A DNA stretch of 64,000 bases from Methanobacteriota archaeon (lineage in GTDB: Archaea; Thermoplasmatota; Poseidoniia; Poseidoniales; Poseidoniaceae). Where the stretch lies: contig PSPR01000001.1 in the NCBI GenBank assembly GCA_004195515.1, forward strand, positions 14,480-78,479, written 5' to 3'. The position numbers and the translations under genes are program-made. Below the pieces are notes generated by a model. It was not told where the DNA came from. It saw nothing but the letters and a program-made list of their open reading frames with translations, and made no database searches. Shown here piece after piece: positions 48,800 through 60,296 of the stretch. Position 1 is the stretch's first letter; each line of letters starts with the position of its first letter.

Positions 48800-49903
48800 A
48801 TGCGCATTGCAGTCGTGGTCAATCCTGATGCTGGCTTAGGTGGTAAACTAGGCTTCAAAGGAAGTGATGGCAGGGCGGAAGAGGCTCGGGCTGCAGGTGC
48901 TGAAGACCGAGCAGGGCCTCGAATGGAACAATGCTTGAACCATTTGGACCAACTCGCACATCAGCCGATTGAATTATTGGCATGGGATGGAAGAATGGGA
49001 GGGGACTGGATTAACACAGAGTATACCTCTACTGGCACATCTCCTCAAATCACCAGTGCAATTTCAACAAAAGAATTCATCGAAACCCATCGGCCTGATC
49101 TTTTTCTCTATGCTGGCGGTGACGGCACAACCCGCGATATTGTCGAGGCTTTAGACGGTCGAGAAATTCCAATAGTCGGGGTGCCCGGTGGTGTTAAAAT
49201 GCATAGCGGCAGCTTTGCAACCACGCCAAAAGCCGCAGCCGAAGTCGTATGGGCTTTCGTTGTAGGAGACTTGATGGTGGCCAGAACCGAGGTTATGGAC
49301 CTCGATGAGGAAGCCTATCTCAAAGGCGAGTGGAAAGTTCGGATGTACGGCGAGGTATTCACCCCGGCCAGCCCGCGTTGGATGCAAGGAGCAAAGGAGC
49401 AGATTCAGCGTGAATCCGAAACTGAAACCCTCGAAGCCATGGCTGCCCATATCGGTTCATTGATCGAAGATGACTCGGATTTGATGGTGGTTTGGGGCAG
49501 CGGGGGAACCTTGAGTCAAATGTGCAAATTTTTGGGTTTTGAATCTACGCTGCTCGGTATTGATATTCTACATAATGGTGAGATGAGTATGGACCTCAAC
49601 GAGCAGGGTTTACTTGAAAAAATCAATTCTCATCGAGGAAAAATCCTCCTTTTACTATCGCCAATGGGTGGTCAAGGTTTCCTAATCGGAAGAGGGAATC
49701 TACAGTTATCGCCCGCGGTTTTACGAGCGATTGGAATCGATAATATCCTAGGTATTGCAACGCCAGCAAAATTACTTGGCTTAAATGAAATAAGAATAGA
49801 TAGCGGTGATGAAGCCTTAGACGAGGAGATCAAAGCCAAAAAATACCTTAAATTACTCCAAGGATATCGAACGACCCGAGTGATTAGAGTCTGCTCAGAT
49901 TGA
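48800..49903 (+). CDS. ATP-NAD kinase family protein (COG3199-like)
   Basis: [12 protein letters not shown]..., AGGDGTTRD (the diacylglycerol/NAD kinase GGDGT motif) and [10 protein letters not shown]. Confidence 0.7.
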   Translation: MRIAVVVNPDAGLGGKLGFKGSDGRAEEARAAGAEDRAGPRMEQCLNHLDQLAHQPIELLAWDGRMGGDWINTEYTSTGTSPQITSAISTKEFIETHRPDLFLYAGGDGTTRDIVEALDGREIPIVGVPGGVKMHSGSFATTPKAAAEVVWAFVVGDLMVARTEVMDLDEEAYLKGEWKVRMYGEVFTPASPRWMQGAKEQIQRESETETLEAMAAHIGSLIEDDSDLMVVWGSGGTLSQMCKFLGFESTLLGIDILHNGEMSMDLNEQGLLEKINSHRGKILLLLSPMGGQGFLIGRGNLQLSPAVLRAIGIDNILGIATPAKLLGLNEIRIDSGDEALDEEIKAKKYLKLLQGYRTTRVIRVCSD

Positions 49904-51511
49904 GCCGCCGGTCGCGGCTTTGAGTAGACCTAAGAATGGTGGGCTCGGCCTTTCAGGCCGGCTTTTGAATTCTGGATGATATTGAACTCCAACATAGTAA
50001 GGGTGACCATCCAATTCGAAAATTTCACATCTCAAACCAGTTTCATCTTTGCCAACAAATACCAATCCAGCCGCCTCGATTTTTTGAATTAGGTCTGGAT
50101 TGACTTCGTAGCGGTGTCGATGGCGCTCATCGACTTGAGGACCACCGCCATATAGCCGCCGAGTCTTACAATCATCGACTTGGAAAATCGTCGGGCGACT
50201 CCCTAAGCGCATGGTTCCACCGAGGTGGGTTTTGGAAATTTCAGGCATGAATATAACCGCTGGATTAGCGGTATTTTGATCGAATTCGGTTGAATTCGCT
50301 CCTTCTAGTCCGAGAACATTCCGGCAAAATTCAATTGTTGCAATCTGTAAACCCAAACAAATGCCAAGATATGGCACTGAGTTAACTCGAGCATAATTAG
50401 CCGCTAGAATCTTGCCCTCGATCCCTCTATCTCCAAAACCGCCAGGGACCAAAATCCCATCAGCCGCTTTGAGAACTGCCCAATCCGAATGCGAATTATT
50501 TTCGAGATTGCTAGCTTCGATCCAATCGATTACCAAAGTTCGATTTACTGCGAAAGAAGCATGTTGCAAACTCTTGATCACCGAAAGATAAGAGTCGGTC
50601 AATCCAGTATATTTTCCAACCATTGCGATATGAACTTCTTGGCCCAAATTGTCAACTCGGTCAGCCATGGCTTCCCAGCGTTCCATCAAATCGGTCTTGG
50701 TACAATCGATTCCTAATGCTTCACACATGCCTTGAGCCTGCAAAAGAAGTGGCACTCGATAAATGTTTGAAACATCGTGAGCACTCATTACCGCTCGGGG
50801 GGAAACATGGCAAAACGCTGCGAGTTTTTCTCTGGTCTCATCGCTTAATGGTGCTTCAGCTCTACAAACTAAAACGTCGGGGGTAATGCCAAGACCTCGT
50901 AATTCCTTAACGGTATGTTGAGTTGGTTTGGTTTTTTGTTCTCCGACAGGGCCCATCACCGGCACCAATGATACGTGAACGAAGATAATATTTTCTCGAC
51001 CGACCCTAAATTGAAATTGTCTTAATGCCTCGATGAATGGTGCACTCTCGATATCACCGACCGTCCCACCCAACTCGATTACACAAGCATCGGGGCTGCC
51101 TTCGATTCCATCGGCTGGAACGACTGCAATATCTTCGATCCAATTTTGAACCGCATCGGTAATATGAGGGATTACTTGGACGGTTTTGCCCAAATAATCA
51201 CCGCGCCGTTCAGCCTCGATAACCTTGGAATAGATTTTTCCGGTTGTAATATTATTATCTCGGTACAGATTCAAATCACAGAATCTCTCATAGTTGCCAA
51301 GGTCTAAATCCGCTTCGCCGCCGTCGTCGAGAACGAAAACTTCGCCGTGTTCAAACGGTGACATCGTTCCCGCATCGCTGTTCAGATAAGGGTCGATTTT
51401 GACTGCGGTGACTCGCAGTCCAGCGCTTTTTAACAATACGCCGATGCTTGAAGCCGTAACTCCCTTTCCCAATCCACTGAGAACACCTCCGGAGACTACG
51501 ACGTACTTCAT
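49895..51511 (-). CDS. pyrG: CTP synthase
   Basis: [18 protein letters not shown] at the chosen start, GATase Cys LGICLGLQ, and HRHRYEVN. Confidence 0.95.
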   Translation of the reverse strand: MKYVVVSGGVLSGLGKGVTASSIGVLLKSAGLRVTAVKIDPYLNSDAGTMSPFEHGEVFVLDDGGEADLDLGNYERFCDLNLYRDNNITTGKIYSKVIEAERRGDYLGKTVQVIPHITDAVQNWIEDIAVVPADGIEGSPDACVIELGGTVGDIESAPFIEALRQFQFRVGRENIIFVHVSLVPVMGPVGEQKTKPTQHTVKELRGLGITPDVLVCRAEAPLSDETREKLAAFCHVSPRAVMSAHDVSNIYRVPLLLQAQGMCEALGIDCTKTDLMERWEAMADRVDNLGQEVHIAMVGKYTGLTDSYLSVIKSLQHASFAVNRTLVIDWIEASNLENNSHSDWAVLKAADGILVPGGFGDRGIEGKILAANYARVNSVPYLGICLGLQIATIEFCRNVLGLEGANSTEFDQNTANPAVIFMPEISKTHLGGTMRLGSRPTIFQVDDCKTRRLYGGGPQVDERHRHRYEVNPDLIQKIEAAGLVFVGKDETGLRCEIFELDGHPYYVGVQYHPEFKSRPERPSPPFLGLLKAATGGSI

Positions 51512-51587
51512 GTCATCAACGGGCTTTGAGGCCGTCGCGCCTCCCATTTCAACATTGGGTTGCGCCAATAATTTCAAAAAAACCTAA

Positions 51588-52619
51588 TTAGAAGTCCAAA
51601 ACGACCTTTCCGCAGTCGCCAGACCGAGCCAAATCCATGCCTTGTTGGAATTGTTCAATCGGTAAACGGTGAGTGATAATTCTCTCGATATCAATCGCAC
51701 CCGCTTCGAGTAATTCGTGCATCAAATCCCAAGTCGACCACATCTTTCGGCCGTTGATTCCTTTGAGGTGAAGATAACGGAAAACAATTTCATTCATCGG
51801 CACCGGTGGGGTTGGATTTGCATAAACACTCAATATATTGAGGAATCCGCCCATTCTTGTACTTTTGATAGCATTGGAAAGTGCGGAAGGAGAACCAGAA
51901 AACTCACAGGTATTATCGGCGCCACGGCCATCGGTGATCTCAAGAATTCTTGCGACGACATCGTCGTCTTTTCCCAGAACAAGATCCGCACCCAATTCTC
52001 TTGCCATTTCCATTCGGTAACGATTATCCCAATCGATCGCAATTACCATTGATGCTCCCATCGCTTTGGCAGCATTTACTGCAAATAATCCGATAGGGCC
52101 AAGGCCATGAATTGCTACGGTTGCCCCATTTACAGGTCCTCCGGTCAAGGTGTGAATCGCATTCCCAAGCGGGTCCTGAATCGAGGCGTGTCCGGGGTCT
52201 AAACCGGTCGGTATTTGGCGTGCATTTTGTGCTGGAATTGTAAAATATGGTCCAAATGCCCCATCGATATTCAATCCAAAGATGGTGCCATTTTCACAAA
52301 TATGGGCATTGCCTTCAAGACATCTTGGACAGGTCCAATCTGCAAGATGACATTCGATTGCGACCATCTCACCAATTTTATGGCTGGTTACACCTTCACC
52401 TAAACCAACGATTTCCCCACATGTTTCATGGCCAGTAATCGTTCCCAAAGGAACCTCATTCTCCGACCATTCGTCCCATTTCCAAATATGAATATCGGTA
52501 CCGCAGATGCTGGTTGAAGATGTTTTTACCAAAACTTCTCCAGACTTACATTTTGGAATTGGATGGTCGATATATTCGAAACCATTCTGTTCAGCGCGGA
52601 CCTTTGTCCACGCTTTCAT
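51588..52619 (-). CDS. tdh: L-threonine 3-dehydrogenase (zinc-dependent alcohol dehydrogenase family)
   Basis: MKAWTKV...ICGTDIHIWKWDEWS, GHETCGE and IHGLGPIGL align with the Tdh N-terminus as I recall it. Upstream in-frame ATGs at 52640 and 52655 are possible alternative starts. Confidence 0.85.
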   Translation of the reverse strand: MKAWTKVRAEQNGFEYIDHPIPKCKSGEVLVKTSSTSICGTDIHIWKWDEWSENEVPLGTITGHETCGEIVGLGEGVTSHKIGEMVAIECHLADWTCPRCLEGNAHICENGTIFGLNIDGAFGPYFTIPAQNARQIPTGLDPGHASIQDPLGNAIHTLTGGPVNGATVAIHGLGPIGLFAVNAAKAMGASMVIAIDWDNRYRMEMARELGADLVLGKDDDVVARILEITDGRGADNTCEFSGSPSALSNAIKSTRMGGFLNILSVYANPTPPVPMNEIVFRYLHLKGINGRKMWSTWDLMHELLEAGAIDIERIITHRLPIEQFQQGMDLARSGDCGKVVLDF

Positions 52620-52690
52620 CGTCGCAGGTTCCTCTGACATCAATCGGTCCAGCACCTAACTCGTTCTTGAGCATTGGCCAACCAAGATTA

Positions 52691-54274
52691 TCAATTTCCT
52701 TGAGCCAATTGTTGTTGAATTTCGTCCGGTATATGTGCTTCGACCTGAGCCCAAAGCACATCATCGATTCTCAAGATAGAAACCGCTGCTTCAGTAGCAC
52801 CGGTCAACGCTTGACGAGTAATATTGAATGGTTCTAAGATTCCCCTTTCAATAACATCGCTCACGCCGCCAGATTCGAGGTCAAGCCCAATATTGGGGCC
52901 ATCTTGGGCTTGAGCTGCAGTCAACTTCAACAACATGTTAATTCCATCGAGACCAGCATTTCGAGCCAAGGCTCGTGGAATCGATTCCAATGCATCAGCC
53001 CATGCTTCAATCGCCATTTGTTCCCTGCTCGAAATCGATTCAGCATGGCGCCTCAATCTGCGTGCCAACGCTACTTGAGTCGCTCCGGCGCCGGGCAATA
53101 ACCAAGGCTGTTCAACCAATTGGCAAGCAACGCCTAGTGCATCGGCAAAACATCTCTCGACCTCACCCAATACCTCTTTCGTACTCGCTCGAGCAATGAG
53201 GGTCGCCCCGCCATCTTCGGCGTCTAAAATCCAATGATTTACCCCGCCTCTGAGCTCTTCTCGGGTTTGAATAAATACTCCCAAATCCGCCTTTGATGCC
53301 CGGGTCGCATCGTGAACAGTAGTTGCGCCACAAGAATTTGCTAAAAGATCCAAATCTTTGGATTCAACCCGGCGGTATGCCAATATTCCAGCGTTAGCCA
53401 ATGCTTGTTTCGCTTCGTCGTCAACGCCTTCTCGGCAGACCACAAGGTCGCAACCGATCGAGATTAAATTGTCTATTTGTTTGGCTAATGCTTTGGATTC
53501 TGCAGCTCTAAAAGCATCTAACATTCCAACCGATTCAACCGAAATTTTTGTTTCGGCTAGTGGTTTTCGTCTCTCGATGCCACCATCGATCAATAAAATA
53601 GTTCCAGGACCACCATTCTCGTGCATCTCCGGATGAATTTTTGTTTTTGCAATCGCTAAACCAGAGGTCAGTTCGGTATTGCCAATCTTACTTCCTCCTT
53701 GTTGAATCACTTTGACTCTGGTAGGATCGGCACGGCCATCCTTGAGGATATTATTCGCTGCCTCTAGGGCCAGACCAGATAGATGAATTTGAGATGCTTG
53801 GTCCATTTTTCCGGCCAATGATGTTTCGACAGCAGATTTTATCTGGTCCAAATCCGCTTCGATTTTCAATTCGCTCAGTGCCGAAAGTGCAAATTCTTCA
53901 GCTTGAGAAAAACCTCTGGCAATCGTTGCGGGGTGCACCCCTTGGCGCACCAATTGCCAAGCATTTCTCAGCATTTCCGCACAAATTACCACAGTTGAGG
54001 TAGTGCCATCACGGGCAACCCGATCCTGAGTGGAAGATGCGCTGATTATCATGCGAGCCACCGGGTGTTCGACCCGTGCGTTTTCGAGAACTGTAACTCC
54101 ATCGTTGGTGACCAAGGTTCTACCTTCATCATCGATCAACAATTTATCAAGTCCCATTGGACCCAATGTTGAGCGCACCGCTCCGGCCAGTGCGATGGCG
54201 GCTTGGACATTTTTTCGGAGAGCCTCACGACCGCTGGTCCGCTCGGTAGATTCGAGTATTGTCTCCTCGGCCAT
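52691..54274 (-). CDS. ths: thermosome subunit (group II chaperonin)
   Basis: LGPMGLDKLL, TNDGVTVL, ARDGTTSTVV and LLPGAGATQVAL motifs. The ATG at 54274 lies inside the track's GTG start. Confidence 0.9.
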   Translation of the reverse strand: MAEETILESTERTSGREALRKNVQAAIALAGAVRSTLGPMGLDKLLIDDEGRTLVTNDGVTVLENARVEHPVARMIISASSTQDRVARDGTTSTVVICAEMLRNAWQLVRQGVHPATIARGFSQAEEFALSALSELKIEADLDQIKSAVETSLAGKMDQASQIHLSGLALEAANNILKDGRADPTRVKVIQQGGSKIGNTELTSGLAIAKTKIHPEMHENGGPGTILLIDGGIERRKPLAETKISVESVGMLDAFRAAESKALAKQIDNLISIGCDLVVCREGVDDEAKQALANAGILAYRRVESKDLDLLANSCGATTVHDATRASKADLGVFIQTREELRGGVNHWILDAEDGGATLIARASTKEVLGEVERCFADALGVACQLVEQPWLLPGAGATQVALARRLRRHAESISSREQMAIEAWADALESIPRALARNAGLDGINMLLKLTAAQAQDGPNIGLDLESGGVSDVIERGILEPFNITRQALTGATEAAVSILRIDDVLWAQVEAHIPDEIQQQLAQGN

Positions 54275-54414
54275 AGTTCGTCGACCCACAGGTTCAATTT
54301 CAAACCGCCTATTGCATTCTTTGCTAGAATCGATCAGAATATGGTATCGTTTGGTTCATATATGGGGGGCTGCTCGGACTATACAACCGATGGTTAACTA
54401 GTGGTGTAATTTCG

Positions 54415-55119
54415 ATGGCAGAAGACTGGGAAGAAAAGATGTTAGAGCAGATGGCTGAGATGTTCAAATCCATGGGGATGAATATCGATATCGAGCAACT
54501 GCGCGGCTTAATGGACCAGTTCCGAGGCCAATTCGATGCTTTGGGCATCGATGCAGAACGTCTTGCAAAAGGAGATGTCAACTTTAATCTCGACATGTCT
54601 AATTTGATGAAATTATTCCAATCTGGTAAATCTATTGATGAACTCCTTTCCAATTTGGGCGTTGATGTCAAGGTCGACGCTGCTCCGGTCATCGTCGATG
54701 TCGAAGATGACCTGCCCACCAATGATATTCTCAGTTTACCTGCCGATGATATTTATCTATCGGGCTGGAATATGTCGATCACCGTCGATTTCTCGACTCG
54801 TCCAGAGATCGAAGAGATCGAAATAGCTCTTTCGAGTGGCGGGGAAGAAATTCATGTTCTTTCGGACCCTACAGAGCCTCCGCTCGCACAGATTGCATTA
54901 CCTCACCAATGCGAGGATGTTGTCGATTGGTCGTTGAATAACGGCATCTTAGACATCACTCTCAAATTGACCCCCCAAGGTTCGGCGCTGCCAGAGCCTA
55001 GCAAAACACTCGACGAGGATGTCGAGGACGATTACACTCCAGCCGCCGACGACGTCAGCATCGATCTAGCAGATGATGATGACGATGACGAGGATGATGG
55101 AGGAATCCCAATCTTTTGA
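54415..55119 (+). CDS. divergent small heat-shock (alpha-crystallin/Hsp20-like) protein with Met-rich N-terminus and acidic IPIF tail
   Basis: Residues ~110-186 (DIYLSGWNMSITVDFS...IEIALSSGGEEIHVL...ALPHQCEDVVDWSLNNGILDITLKL) resemble an ACD beta-sandwich that ends in the NG(V/I)L-x-I-x-L-K signature. The N-terminus is Met-rich. The C-terminus is DDDDDEDDGGIPIF, which contains an I-x-I motif. Confidence 0.5.
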   Translation: MAEDWEEKMLEQMAEMFKSMGMNIDIEQLRGLMDQFRGQFDALGIDAERLAKGDVNFNLDMSNLMKLFQSGKSIDELLSNLGVDVKVDAAPVIVDVEDDLPTNDILSLPADDIYLSGWNMSITVDFSTRPEIEEIEIALSSGGEEIHVLSDPTEPPLAQIALPHQCEDVVDWSLNNGILDITLKLTPQGSALPEPSKTLDEDVEDDYTPAADDVSIDLADDDDDDEDDGGIPIF

Positions 55120-55150
55120 TTGGAAAAATTAAAAAACGGAAGTGAAAATT

Positions 55151-57037
55151 ATGACAAAAAACCACGTAATTGGAATTGATTTAGGAACTACAAATTCTTG
55201 TGTTGCAACTATTGAAAACGGCGAAGCAGTCGTTATTGCAAACGCTGAAGGTGCTCGAACTACCCCCTCGGTCGTCGCATTCGCAAAGGATGGCGGCGAA
55301 CGTATGGTCGGCGTGACTGCAAAACGCCAAGCGGTAACCAACCACGAGCGCACAATCATGAGTGTGAAGCGTCAAATGGGGACAGATTGGAGTAAAAAGA
55401 TAGATGATAACGAGTACACTCCACAAGAGGTATCCGCTTTTATCTTGCAAAAACTCAAAGCGGATGCGGAAGCATACTTGGGTACAACCGTAACACAAGC
55501 GGTTATCACTTGCCCGGCTTACTTCAGCGATGCTCAAAGAAAAGCAACAAAAGACGCAGGACGAATCGCAGGTTTGGATGTTCTTAGAATTATCAACGAA
55601 CCAACTTCTGCTGCACTAGCTTACGGTGTCGACAAAGAAGATGATCAAACCATTTTGGTTTATGATCTCGGTGGCGGAACATTCGACGTATCGGTTCTGG
55701 AAATCTACGATGTAGATGGGCAACCTCAAATTGAAGTAAAAGCAACCGCTGGAAATAATAAACTCGGTGGCGATGATTTCGATGATGTCCTAATCGACCA
55801 TCTGGTAACCGAATTCAAAAAGTCGACCGGAATTGACCTTTCAAAGGATTTGCAGGCTATGAGCCGTCTCAAAGAAGGCGCAGAAAAAGCAAAGATCGAA
55901 TTGTCTGGAACCGGACAATCCCAAGTAAACCTCCCCTTCATCACAATGGTTGATGGAGCACCAGAACACCTTGATATTATGGTTACAAAAGCCAAATTTG
56001 AGGAATTGATCGCACCATTGGTCGAGAGAACGATGAAGCCTACCCGTCAAGCGATGAAGGATGCAGGCGTGACCAAAGGTTCGGTCGATAAGGTACTACT
56101 CGTCGGTGGTTCAACCAGAGTCCCAGCGGTTCAAGCAGCGATCGAAAAGGAAACCGGAAAATCCCCATTCAAAGGGATCAACCCCGATGAAGCTGTTGCG
56201 GTCGGTGCTGCACTTCAAGCAGGAATCATCGCAGGCGACGAAGGTGTTTCTGACATCCTTCTTCTCGACGTTACCCCTCTCACCCTAGGAATCGAAACCC
56301 TCGGTGGAGTTATGACCAAGATGATCGAGCGAAATACCACCATCCCAACCCGTCGTAGTGAAACCTATTCCACCGCGTCAGATAACCAACCAGCGGTTGA
56401 AATTCACGTTCTTCAAGGAGAGCGCGAATTCGCAAAGGACAATACAACCCTCGGCCAATTCCATTTGGTTGGACTTCCACCGGCTCCACGTGGCGTACCT
56501 CAAATCGAGGTAACTTTCGACATTGATGCAAACGGAATCGTATCGGTTAGTGCAAAGGACCTGGCTACCGGAAAAGAACAATCGGTAAAGATTGAATCTA
56601 CGACTTCTCTTAGCGAAGACGAAATCCAAACCAAGATTGCTGAGGCAGAGGAATTCGCTGAATCTGACAAGCGCAAGAAAGATCAGGTCGAAATGAGAAA
56701 TATGGCTGACCAAATCGTCTACCAGACCCGTCGCACCGTCGAAGAGGCTGGAGAAAAATTGTCCGATGAAGATAAAGAACCAGTTCTTGGCTTTGTTGAT
56801 GAACTCGAGGCTCTGCTTCAAAATGAAGAAGGGGAAGCCAAAGAACTTGACGAAATCGATGAGGCTGCTGTCCAAGCAAAGGTCAAGGAAGTCGAAGAGG
56901 GCATGCACGCTATCTCGGCAAAACTCTACGAAGCAGCAGCTGCCGAAATGGCTGCTCAAGAAGAGGCTGGCGAAGATGAACCATCTGATGATGATGGTGT
57001 AGTCGATGCTGACTTCGAAGTTGTCGATGAAGAGTGA
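55151..57037 (+). CDS. dnaK: molecular chaperone DnaK (Hsp70)
   Basis: [20 protein letters not shown] and VGGSTRVP motifs with an acidic C-terminus. The ATG at 55151 lies inside the track's GTG start at 55142. Confidence 0.95.
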   Translation: MTKNHVIGIDLGTTNSCVATIENGEAVVIANAEGARTTPSVVAFAKDGGERMVGVTAKRQAVTNHERTIMSVKRQMGTDWSKKIDDNEYTPQEVSAFILQKLKADAEAYLGTTVTQAVITCPAYFSDAQRKATKDAGRIAGLDVLRIINEPTSAALAYGVDKEDDQTILVYDLGGGTFDVSVLEIYDVDGQPQIEVKATAGNNKLGGDDFDDVLIDHLVTEFKKSTGIDLSKDLQAMSRLKEGAEKAKIELSGTGQSQVNLPFITMVDGAPEHLDIMVTKAKFEELIAPLVERTMKPTRQAMKDAGVTKGSVDKVLLVGGSTRVPAVQAAIEKETGKSPFKGINPDEAVAVGAALQAGIIAGDEGVSDILLLDVTPLTLGIETLGGVMTKMIERNTTIPTRRSETYSTASDNQPAVEIHVLQGEREFAKDNTTLGQFHLVGLPPAPRGVPQIEVTFDIDANGIVSVSAKDLATGKEQSVKIESTTSLSEDEIQTKIAEAEEFAESDKRKKDQVEMRNMADQIVYQTRRTVEEAGEKLSDEDKEPVLGFVDELEALLQNEEGEAKELDEIDEAAVQAKVKEVEEGMHAISAKLYEAAAAEMAAQEEAGEDEPSDDDGVVDADFEVVDEE

Positions 57038-57038
57038 A

Positions 57039-58739
57039 TCACCACAAGAACGGAATCGCACTAAAGGTCAACATGACCAATGGAACGATTACCGCTTCTG
57101 TAGTAGATCTCAGTTTTGCTAAGAGTGTTAACTCGGTACCGCGATGAAGATGAACCTGCATCCCGATGTCCTTGTTTCCCCTTACAATCAGATGAGAATT
57201 AGGTATCGATCCATCGAGTCCTTCCTCTTTTTCATCCTCGGTTCTGGTCTCGACTCTGCCGAGGCAATAGATCGGGTCACCTACACCGAGTACCCAAGTG
57301 GTCCAACGCCATTTTCCGCCACCCCATGATTTCAATTCAGAACCATGCTCGATTTTTTTCCAACTGGATGGTTCGATGAGAATTCCACCGGTTCCATCGT
57401 GAAGAATGAAAGGAATATTACCCTCGTCAGATGACCTCAAGCGCCAAGAACAACTGCGGTTTTTCCCAGATCCTGTACAAACATGCTCCTCTTCTTTCCA
57501 ATGGTATGCAACCGCACCCTCGACTCTACGTTGAGGGTCACCTGCTACCTCGAACCCAAGAGTGCCTTCGGGGCCAGGTCGGATTTGGCCGACCAATTCA
57601 GCCGAGCCAACCGCAACGCTTCGAACTTTGCTGGTCGGAGTGTCGATGACATTGTGGAGAAGTTTCCATTCTTTAAAAGAAAAATAAATCCAAGTCAGAT
57701 TGATACCGACGATTATAAATCGTAATCCTGAGCCTAATAAAGCGGAAAAATAGGAATTATGACGAGCGAGTAAATCGCTCGCTAACCAAATTGAGGAGGT
57801 GATAAAAATCATCCCATTAATGCTGTAAAGAGTGAAGGTAGCCGGGGTCGGAGTGCCGATATTAATTGGGTGTTCAGGAATCAGTTCCTGTCCTTCATCA
57901 GCAGCATACGGATTAGCCGGCCAAGATTCATGAGAGGGTGGTGGTAATACCCAGTCTAATTTATCGGCTTGTCTGGTAGGACCGTTTGCGATTGCCAATT
58001 CGCCCGGTTTTCCGTGAAGATAAGGCCGGTTTTCCCATTTCCCTCTCAACCGTCTTATGTCGACTGCCAAAGAGGTTGGAGTGGCGAACATCAACATCAA
58101 GGACGAAAAAATAATGATTGCTAAAGAAACTCTCTGCATATCTTCTCGTCCGGTTTTTTCTGCTGGCTCGTTCGCACCTTCACCGACCGATAAAATCCAA
58201 AGCTCATCTCCTTGCTTCAAGATGAATAATTGAATCATAGAACCTTCGGACACCTCCCAATTGTCTCTGGGGCAATATCTCGAGGCCGAATTTATTTCAG
58301 GATCTAATGTTTGAATCCAATTTGCTTCAAAGGTATGTCCGCCTGAACTTGGATTAATCCGAACTGCGCCCTCGTCTTCTGCATTGGTATTATCATGCCA
58401 ATTACCATCATCATCTTGAGAACAATGACCTCTGGCCACAACACCTCGTTCGATAACCCCTGCAACGATGATATATGAGCCGGTTTCACCTTCTTCAAAA
58501 CCATCCCCTAATGGTTTTTCATCCTCAGGGCCGACCTGGTCAGGATGGCCGACCCAAGTTGCTTCTGAGAGCGGTACGATATCTGGAACCCCTAAACTAA
58601 GCAGGTAAATCAAAAGGGACCCACCAAGGAGAATAATGCCGATTACCCATACGGTTATCGCCTTCCATCCGTGTGGAAAAGTAAATTGAAAAACCCCGTG
58701 CTCGAGAGAACTTGCATCGATTGCACTCTCATCGGCCAT
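57039..58739 (-). CDS. GIDE-domain membrane protein
   Basis: NVIDTPTSKVRSVAVGSAELVGQI...AVAYHWKEEEH...IPFILHDGTGGILIEPSS matches the prokaryotic GIDE (MUL1-like) domain pattern as I recall it. Several TMs and a C-terminal TM are present. I chose the start at 58739 (MADESAID...) to avoid overlapping the divergent gene. Confidence 0.6.
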   Translation of the reverse strand: MADESAIDASSLEHGVFQFTFPHGWKAITVWVIGIILLGGSLLIYLLSLGVPDIVPLSEATWVGHPDQVGPEDEKPLGDGFEEGETGSYIIVAGVIERGVVARGHCSQDDDGNWHDNTNAEDEGAVRINPSSGGHTFEANWIQTLDPEINSASRYCPRDNWEVSEGSMIQLFILKQGDELWILSVGEGANEPAEKTGREDMQRVSLAIIIFSSLMLMFATPTSLAVDIRRLRGKWENRPYLHGKPGELAIANGPTRQADKLDWVLPPPSHESWPANPYAADEGQELIPEHPINIGTPTPATFTLYSINGMIFITSSIWLASDLLARHNSYFSALLGSGLRFIIVGINLTWIYFSFKEWKLLHNVIDTPTSKVRSVAVGSAELVGQIRPGPEGTLGFEVAGDPQRRVEGAVAYHWKEEEHVCTGSGKNRSCSWRLRSSDEGNIPFILHDGTGGILIEPSSWKKIEHGSELKSWGGGKWRWTTWVLGVGDPIYCLGRVETRTEDEKEEGLDGSIPNSHLIVRGNKDIGMQVHLHRGTELTLLAKLRSTTEAVIVPLVMLTFSAIPFLW

Positions 58740-58820
58740 TGATGAACTCAGGGAGTTCAAGTTAATCGTATCATCGCCTTTTGAGGAAAGTTGAAGACAC
58801 GCCTTCACCGGCACCTTGTC

Positions 58821-60296
58821 ATGACCGATGTACTTTCGATGCTCAATTCGATGAGGGAAGCCTCTGGCAAACAGGAAACCATAGGCCTGAGCGATGATAT
58901 AATCGCTAAATTTGCTAATTTGGATGATACTCTGGTTAGAGCGGTACAAGAAGCCCAATACAAATTTTCAGAATTCCCAAAAGAAGATTTGGAAAAAGAT
59001 GAAACTCAACTCGTCAAAGATATACAAAGCGATTTTATTAATTTTTATGCTCCAGCAACCGTCAACCCATATGTTGCTCTTGCAGCCCGTGGCCCTTGGA
59101 TAGTCACCACCCATGGTGCGGTTCTTCACGATAATGGCGGTTACGGTATGTTAGGTGGTGGCCATGGCCCTAACACTATCATCTCGGCGATGAGCCAAAA
59201 TCATGTTATGGCTAATGTCATGACCGCTTCATTCTCTCAAACTCGCTTCGCTGCAGCCCTCAAGCGTGAACTCGGCCATACCCGTGGCTACTGCCCATTC
59301 TCCAAATTTATCTGTATGAACTCGGGTTCAGAATCGGTTACGGTCGCACTGAGAATATCGGATGTCAACTCAAAATTGATGACCGGTCCAGGCGGTCGCC
59401 ACGAAGGTAAACCTGTAAAATTATTAGCGATTGAAAAAGCATTCCATGGCCGAACCGACCGGCCAGCTCAAATCTCTCATTCCTGCATTGGCAGTTATGA
59501 TAAAAACCTCAAGACCTTTTCTGAGCGAGATAATTTATTATTGGTACCAAGCAACGATATCGAAGCATTGCAATTCGCCTTCGCAGATGCTGATGAGAAC
59601 GGATATTTCATAGAAGTAATGGCGATTGAACCTGTTCAAGGAGAAGGCAATCCAGGCCAATGTATCGAACGAAAATTCTATGATGAGGCTCGACGATTGA
59701 CAAAAGAACACGGTTCTATGCTACTCATCGATTCGATTCAAGCCGGAATCAGAGGACAAGGCACGTTGTCCATCGTCGATTACGAAGGGTTCCAGAGCTC
59801 AGAAGCACCAGATCTTGAAACCTGGTCCAAGGCTTTGAACGCAGGTCAATATCCTCTCTCGGTCTTGGGATTGAACGAGCGTGCAGCGAAGCTATACGTG
59901 GTTGGAATCTATGGGAATACCATGACCACCAACCCACGCGCTTTGGAAACAGCGGTTGCGGTTCTCGATAGCATCACCCCTGAATTAAGGCAGAATATTC
60001 GCGATCGAGGGGTGGAATTTGTCGATAAATTGAATGCACTCTCAGAGGAGCTACCCGGCTGTATTACCAAAGTTCAAGGGACCGGATTATTGGTAAGTGC
60101 TGAATTGGATCCTTCTCGCTTCCAAGTTGTTGGATTCGATCAGGTTGAAGTCTGGTGCCGAAGAAATGGCCTAGGAGTTATTCACGGTGGTCAAAATGCG
60201 CTTCGATATACGCCGCATTTCAATATCACTAGCGAAGAAATCGATCTAATTATCGATATTACTCGCCAAGCAATTCTGGCTTTCAAAGACCAGTAA
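58821..60296 (+). CDS. class-III PLP-dependent aminotransferase
   Basis: SGSESV, FHGRTDRP, LLIDSIQAG and SKAL (PLP lysine) motifs. The specific substrate is not assignable by eye. Confidence 0.8.
   Translation: MTDVLSMLNSMREASGKQETIGLSDDIIAKFANLDDTLVRAVQEAQYKFSEFPKEDLEKDETQLVKDIQSDFINFYAPATVNPYVALAARGPWIVTTHGAVLHDNGGYGMLGGGHGPNTIISAMSQNHVMANVMTASFSQTRFAAALKRELGHTRGYCPFSKFICMNSGSESVTVALRISDVNSKLMTGPGGRHEGKPVKLLAIEKAFHGRTDRPAQISHSCIGSYDKNLKTFSERDNLLLVPSNDIEALQFAFADADENGYFIEVMAIEPVQGEGNPGQCIERKFYDEARRLTKEHGSMLLIDSIQAGIRGQGTLSIVDYEGFQSSEAPDLETWSKALNAGQYPLSVLGLNERAAKLYVVGIYGNTMTTNPRALETAVAVLDSITPELRQNIRDRGVEFVDKLNALSEELPGCITKVQGTGLLVSAELDPSRFQVVGFDQVEVWCRRNGLGVIHGGQNALRYTPHFNITSEEIDLIIDITRQAILAFKDQ

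Noticed and set aside
54415-55119. Possibility that the gene upstream of dnaK is grpE.
   Set aside because: There is no GrpE-like long paired helix followed by a beta-domain, and no GrpE signature motifs. The core instead looks alpha-crystallin-like.
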